64,000 nt of DNA from the NCBI RefSeq assembly GCF_028368995.1, contig NZ_JAQNDL010000001.1:1856001-1920000 (forward strand). Reading direction: 5' to 3'. Shown here piece after piece: positions 59,664 through 64,000 of this stretch. Positions within the stretch are counted from its first letter, which is position 1. Each line of letters starts with the position of its first letter. The stretch is from Nannocystis bainbridge (lineage in GTDB: Bacteria; Myxococcota_A; Polyangia; Nannocystales; Nannocystaceae). The position numbers were made by a program, and so were the translations under genes. The notes beneath the pieces are model-generated. The model was given only the letters and a program-made list of their open reading frames with translations, ran no database searches and was not told where the DNA came from.

Positions 59664-62153
59664 GTGTCCACACTCCTCCCGCCAGAACCGTCCTCCTCCG
59701 TGTTCGCGGAGCTCGAGCGCGTCTCGCCGGTCCTGTTCTCGCTGCTCGAGAGCAGCCCCGATTACGTGACCATGGTCTCGCCCGAGGGCATCATTCGCTT
59801 CACCAACCGGATCTCCCCGCAGCACGCCACGATCGGCCTCATCGGCCGCAGCGTGTTCACCTATCTCGCCTCCGAATCACACGAGGCGGCCCGCGCCTGC
59901 TTTCGCCGGGTCGTCGACACCGCCGAGCCCGGCTTCTTCGAGGCGCTCGCCCCCGTCGGCGGCGAGCTCCGGCGCTACGACACCCGCGTCGGCCCGGTCC
60001 GGAGCGACGGTCGGGTCGTCGCCCTCACCCTCATCGCCAGCGACGTCACCGAGCGCGCGCGGATGGAGCAGCGGCTGCGCGAGCAGCGGGACACCCTCGA
60101 GTTCGCCGCCGCCGCCTCCGGCCTCGGGATGTGGCACCTCGACGTGCACACCCGCGAGCTCGTGTGGGACGCCGAGATGGTGCGGATCCACGGCCGCGGC
60201 GGCCCGCCCGCCGACTACGCCGAGGCGTGCGAATGGATCCACCCCGACGACCGCGCCCGCGTCGACGCCGACGTGCGCCGCAGCCTGATCGTCGGCAGCT
60301 TCCAGGACCTCGAGTACCGCATCGTGCGGGCCAACGGCGCGATCGCGTGGGTGCTCGCCCGCGGCCGGGTGCTGCGCGACGCCCACGGCCGGCCCACGCG
60401 CATGCTCGGCGGCGTCCTCGACATCAGCGAGCGCAAGCGCCAGGAAGAGGCCCTGCGCGCCAGCGAGGAGCGCTACCGGACCTCGATCGCCGCGCTCGAG
60501 GAGGGCATGGTGCTCCAGGGCCGCGACGGCACCATCCACACCTGCAACGCCAGCGCCGAGCGCCTGCTCGGCTTGACGCGCGACCAGATGCTCGGTCGCA
60601 CCTCGCTCGACCCGCGCTGGTATGCGGTCCACGAGGACGGCTCGCCGTTCCCGGGCGAGGCCCACCCCGCGACCGCCACCCTGCAGTCGGGCGAGCCGCT
60701 GTCGGGCGTCATCATGGGCGTGCACAAGCCCGACGGTCAGCTGACCTGGATCTCCATCAACTCGCGGCCGCTGTTCCTCGCCGGCACCCAGCAGCCCAGC
60801 GCCGTCGTCACCTCGTTCTTCGACATCACCGGGCGCAAGCACGCCGAGGCGGAGAACGAGCGGCTCTTGCGGGTCGAGCGGGCCGCCCGCCGCCGCGCCG
60901 TCCTGCTGTCCGAGGCCAGCAAACAGCTCGCGGCCTCGCTCGACGCCATCGACTCGCTCGCGGAGGTCGTCCGCCAATTCGTCCCCGCCGCCGCCGACCT
61001 CGCCGTCGTCGAGCTGCTCGACGAGCGCGGCGAGTTCGGCCCTTCGCACCCCGTCGCCGTCGCCGCCGGGGACCTCGAGCTCGAGGCGAGCTATCACGAG
61101 CTGGTGCGGCGGCGCTGCGACGCCCGCGGCGAGCTGCTCACGCTCGTGAAGCACGGCGAGGTGCGGTTCACGGTCGTGCAGTTCGACGGCCGGACCCCGG
61201 CGCTGCCGGGCATGCCGGGCGGCGAGCCCCTCACCGAGCGCCTGCGCTACCGCTCGACCGTGGTGGTGCCCTTGACGGCCCGTTCGGAGCGGCTCGGCGT
61301 CCTCGTGCTCGGCGCGAGCACGCGGGTCTTCGACGCCGACGACCTCGCGCTGGCCGAGGAGCTGGCGCTGCGGATCGCCCAGGCGCTCGACGTCGCCCGG
61401 CTCTACGGCGAGATGCAGACCGCGCTGCGCAAGCGCGACGAGTTCATCGCCGTCGCCTCGCACGAGCTGCGCACCCCGCTGACGCCGCTGATGCTGCAGC
61501 TCGGCCGGCTCGAGCAGCAGTGCCGCGAGCCCGGCCCGCTGCCCGCCGCGAACATCGCGCCCAAGGTGCACGCTCTCGTGCGCCAGGCCGAGCGGCTGCA
61601 CCGGCTCGTCGAGGGGCTCCTCGACGTCTCGACGATCACCGACGGGCGCTTCGACCTCGTCCCCGAGCGCCTCGACCTCGTCGCGCTCGTGCGCGAGACC
61701 ACCGACGGCTTCGCCGAGCAGCTCGCCCGCGCCGGCTGCCCGATCCACCTCGACATGCCGGCGTGCATCGAAGGTCACTGGGACCGCACCCGCGTCGAGC
61801 AGATCGTCCGCAACCTGCTGTCCAACGCCCTCAAGTACGGCGCCGGCAAGCCGATCGACATCGGCCTGGTGACCGGGCCCCAGCACGTGGTCCTGTCGGT
61901 GCGCGACCGCGGGATCGGCATCTCGCTCGCGGACCAGGCCCGCGTGTTCCAGCGGTTCGAGCGCGCGGTGTCCGGCCGCCACTACGGCGGCTTCGGCGTC
62001 GGCCTATGGGTCACGCGCCACGCCGCCGAGGCCATGGGCGGCTCGGTCAGCGTCGAGAGCGTGCCCGACGTGGGCTCGACCTTCCACGTCCGCCTGCCGC
62101 ACCACGCCCCGCCGGTCACCGCCATCGCCCTGCCCGCCGCACCGTCGCCCTGA
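59664..62153 (+). CDS. PAS-PAS-PAS-GAF sensor histidine kinase
   Basis: IHPDD, DISERK, ASHELRTPL, NLLSNALKY, DRGIG and GGFGVGL. Confidence 0.92.
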   Translation: MSTLLPPEPSSSVFAELERVSPVLFSLLESSPDYVTMVSPEGIIRFTNRISPQHATIGLIGRSVFTYLASESHEAARACFRRVVDTAEPGFFEALAPVGGELRRYDTRVGPVRSDGRVVALTLIASDVTERARMEQRLREQRDTLEFAAAASGLGMWHLDVHTRELVWDAEMVRIHGRGGPPADYAEACEWIHPDDRARVDADVRRSLIVGSFQDLEYRIVRANGAIAWVLARGRVLRDAHGRPTRMLGGVLDISERKRQEEALRASEERYRTSIAALEEGMVLQGRDGTIHTCNASAERLLGLTRDQMLGRTSLDPRWYAVHEDGSPFPGEAHPATATLQSGEPLSGVIMGVHKPDGQLTWISINSRPLFLAGTQQPSAVVTSFFDITGRKHAEAENERLLRVERAARRRAVLLSEASKQLAASLDAIDSLAEVVRQFVPAAADLAVVELLDERGEFGPSHPVAVAAGDLELEASYHELVRRRCDARGELLTLVKHGEVRFTVVQFDGRTPALPGMPGGEPLTERLRYRSTVVVPLTARSERLGVLVLGASTRVFDADDLALAEELALRIAQALDVARLYGEMQTALRKRDEFIAVASHELRTPLTPLMLQLGRLEQQCREPGPLPAANIAPKVHALVRQAERLHRLVEGLLDVSTITDGRFDLVPERLDLVALVRETTDGFAEQLARAGCPIHLDMPACIEGHWDRTRVEQIVRNLLSNALKYGAGKPIDIGLVTGPQHVVLSVRDRGIGISLADQARVFQRFERAVSGRHYGGFGVGLWVTRHAAEAMGGSVSVESVPDVGSTFHVRLPHHAPPVTAIALPAAPSP

Positions 62154-62163
62154 CGCGATGCTC

Positions 62164-62411
62164 GAATCACCACACCCGCCTCGCATGGACGCGCCCGCCA
62201 ATCCCGACACCCCGCCTCCCCTCTGCCAGAGAATCACCCCACTCCCCCTCATCGCTCGGCCACGAATCGCTACACCACATCCTCGCTCTACCCTAGGATC
62301 ACCCCACTCCGCCTCCTCGCCCCGCCCACGAATCACTACACCCCGCCTCATTCTACCCGCGAATCACCACACTCCGCCGCCTCGCCGCGCCCGTGCCGGG
62401 CGGCGAATCAC
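62164..62411 (+). repeat. Eight-unit ~33-bp degenerate repeat GAATCACYMCACYCCGCCTC + variable spacer
   Basis: Units at 62164, 62199, 62231, 62264, 62296, 62330, 62361 and 62405. Confidence 0.85.
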
Positions 62412-64000
62412 TCGACCCGCGACCGCCGCGACCACACCACCAGCGCCGCCGAGACCACCAGCGCCGCGATCGCCCCCACCCGCCCCTCGCCGGGCAGCGG
62501 GAACAGCACCCGCACCGCCCCGTAGAGCGCGAGGTACAGCGCCAGCCCGTCGCGCAGCACGTGCCCGAGCGCGCGCGCCAGCGCCTGCCGCGGAGCGCGT
62601 GGGTCCTCGCCCGCGGCGCTCGCCGTGCAGCCCCAGAAGCCTGGCGGGCGCGCGCGGCGGAAGAACTCGACCCGCGCCCCGACCTCCGTCGGCTTCGTGA
62701 ACAGGGCCACCAGGATCGTGACCGTCGTCGAGCTCACCGCCATCACAGCCAGGCGCCAGTGCGCGTCCTCGGACCACGCCAGCAGCGCGGGCGCCAGCAC
62801 CAGGCTGACCGCGATCGCCGCGAACTCGCACCACAGATTGATGCGCTCCCACAGCCAGCGCAGGATCAGCACGGCGCCGATCCCCGCCCCGAACAGCAGG
62901 CTCACGTGCCACGCCGACTGGATCGATCCCACCTTCGCCGCCAGGATCAACGCCACCACCAGCAGCCCCACGTTGGCCGCCCGGGCCACCCACACCAGCT
63001 CGCGGCCGGACGGCTTGCGCCCGCGCAGCGCCTCGCACCACAAGCGGCCGTAGACGTCGTGGCTCCAATAGCTCGCGCCCCAGTTGAGGTGCGTATCGAT
63101 CGTCGACGCCAGCGCCGCCAGCATCGCCACCAGCATCAGCCCGCGCGCCCCCGGCGACAGCAGCAGGTCGATGCCTTGCACGAACGTCTGCTCGCGCGCG
63201 GCGACATCGACCGGGCCTGGCCCCGGGGGCAGCAGCACCAGCAGCCCGAGCGCCGTGATCACCCAGGGCACGCTGCGGATCACGATCTGCAGCCACGCGA
63301 ACAGCAGCCCCGCGCGGCGGGCCTCGGTCTCGTCGGTGCAGGCCATGCAGCGCTGGGCCAGGTAGCCGGTGCCGTCGGCGCTGGCCTGGAACAGCCACGG
63401 CAGCACCAGCACCACCAGCAGCGCCGGGCCGATCTCCTCACCTGGCCAAAGGGACAGCCACGCCGTCGCCTGCGCCTCGCCGTGGTGGGCCACCAGCGCC
63501 GCGGTGATGCCCGACGGCCCGCCGGCCGCCACCAGCACCGCCCCGGCGTACAGCGCCGTGCCGATCAACATGATCGCCAGCTGGACCACGTCGGTCGCGA
63601 CCACCGCCCGCAGCCCGCCGGTCAGCGAGTACAGCGCCGTGAACCCGAGCAGCACGACGAGGCTCAGCAGCGCGTCGGCGCCGGCGACCTCGGGTGACGC
63701 CCCACCGACAGCCACGAACCCTCCGCCGAACGCCCCCACCAGCGTCACCCATGGCTGGAACCACGCCTCGGGCAGCCACGCGTGCCACGGCATGAACACC
63801 TCGGTGAAGCGGACCGCGCCGACGACCACCATCGCCAGGGCCGCCCCGTTGAGCACCCCGCCGTAGTAGAGCGCCTTGCAGGCGCGCAGCGCCAGCGCCC
63901 CGCGGCCGCCGTAGCGCAGCTCGACCAGCTCCGCGTCGGTCACCACCTGCGCCCGCCGCCACGGCCCGGCGAACACGTACGCCAGCAGCAGGAACGACAG
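62408..64000 (-). CDS. Sodium:solute symporter family protein, 5' end outside the window
   Basis: GGLRAVVATDVVQ, GYLAQR, STIDTHLNWGASY; many TM helices. Confidence 0.9.
   Translation of the reverse strand: MSFLLLAYVFAGPWRRAQVVTDAELVELRYGGRGALALRACKALYYGGVLNGAALAMVVVGAVRFTEVFMPWHAWLPEAWFQPWVTLVGAFGGGFVAVGGASPEVAGADALLSLVVLLGFTALYSLTGGLRAVVATDVVQLAIMLIGTALYAGAVLVAAGGPSGITAALVAHHGEAQATAWLSLWPGEEIGPALLVVLVLPWLFQASADGTGYLAQRCMACTDETEARRAGLLFAWLQIVIRSVPWVITALGLLVLLPPGPGPVDVAAREQTFVQGIDLLLSPGARGLMLVAMLAALASTIDTHLNWGASYWSHDVYGRLWCEALRGRKPSGRELVWVARAANVGLLVVALILAAKVGSIQSAWHVSLLFGAGIGAVLILRWLWERINLWCEFAAIAVSLVLAPALLAWSEDAHWRLAVMAVSSTTVTILVALFTKPTEVGARVEFFRRARPPGFWGCTASAAGEDPRAPRQALARALGHVLRDGLALYLALYGAVRVLFPLPGEGRVGAIAALVVSAALVVWSRRSRVE

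Noticed and set aside
62164-62411. Possible CRISPR array
   Set aside because: Repeats are degenerate, spacers are mostly 11-15 bp, and no cas genes are in the window.

Overview
Very GC-rich bacterial DNA. The gene content (ECF sigma/Ser-Thr kinase cassettes, Cys-rich lipoproteins, M4 protease) suggests a myxobacterium such as Nannocystis; this is inference. About 50 CDS are supportable; no rRNA, tRNA, CRISPR array, integrase or transposase was recognised. Main candidate system (18075-23521, minus strand): a closely packed contractile-injection (T6SS-type) effector cassette. It reads PAAR fused to a Tse6/Ntox46-like NAD(P)+ glycohydrolase, then a Tsi6-like immunity domain fused to a degenerate FHA and a DUF4123 adaptor, a duplicated co-adaptor, a protein-arginine deiminase with all four vertebrate-PAD catalytic residues, and a putative immunity gene. 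Second major signal: a dispersed family of mostly intergenic arrays with CATG cores phased at 14 bp (unit TGYYY-n4-RRRCA) at about 13 loci. Also seen: a 91-bp direct repeat bracketing a 12.9-kb pseudogene-rich block, a 15-aa peptide gene with its own -10/RBS/terminator, a large CHAP-FnIII secreted protein, a shared ECF promoter motif, a Pho box, and several tandem repeats. Family assignments come from motif recognition by eye; no searches were run.
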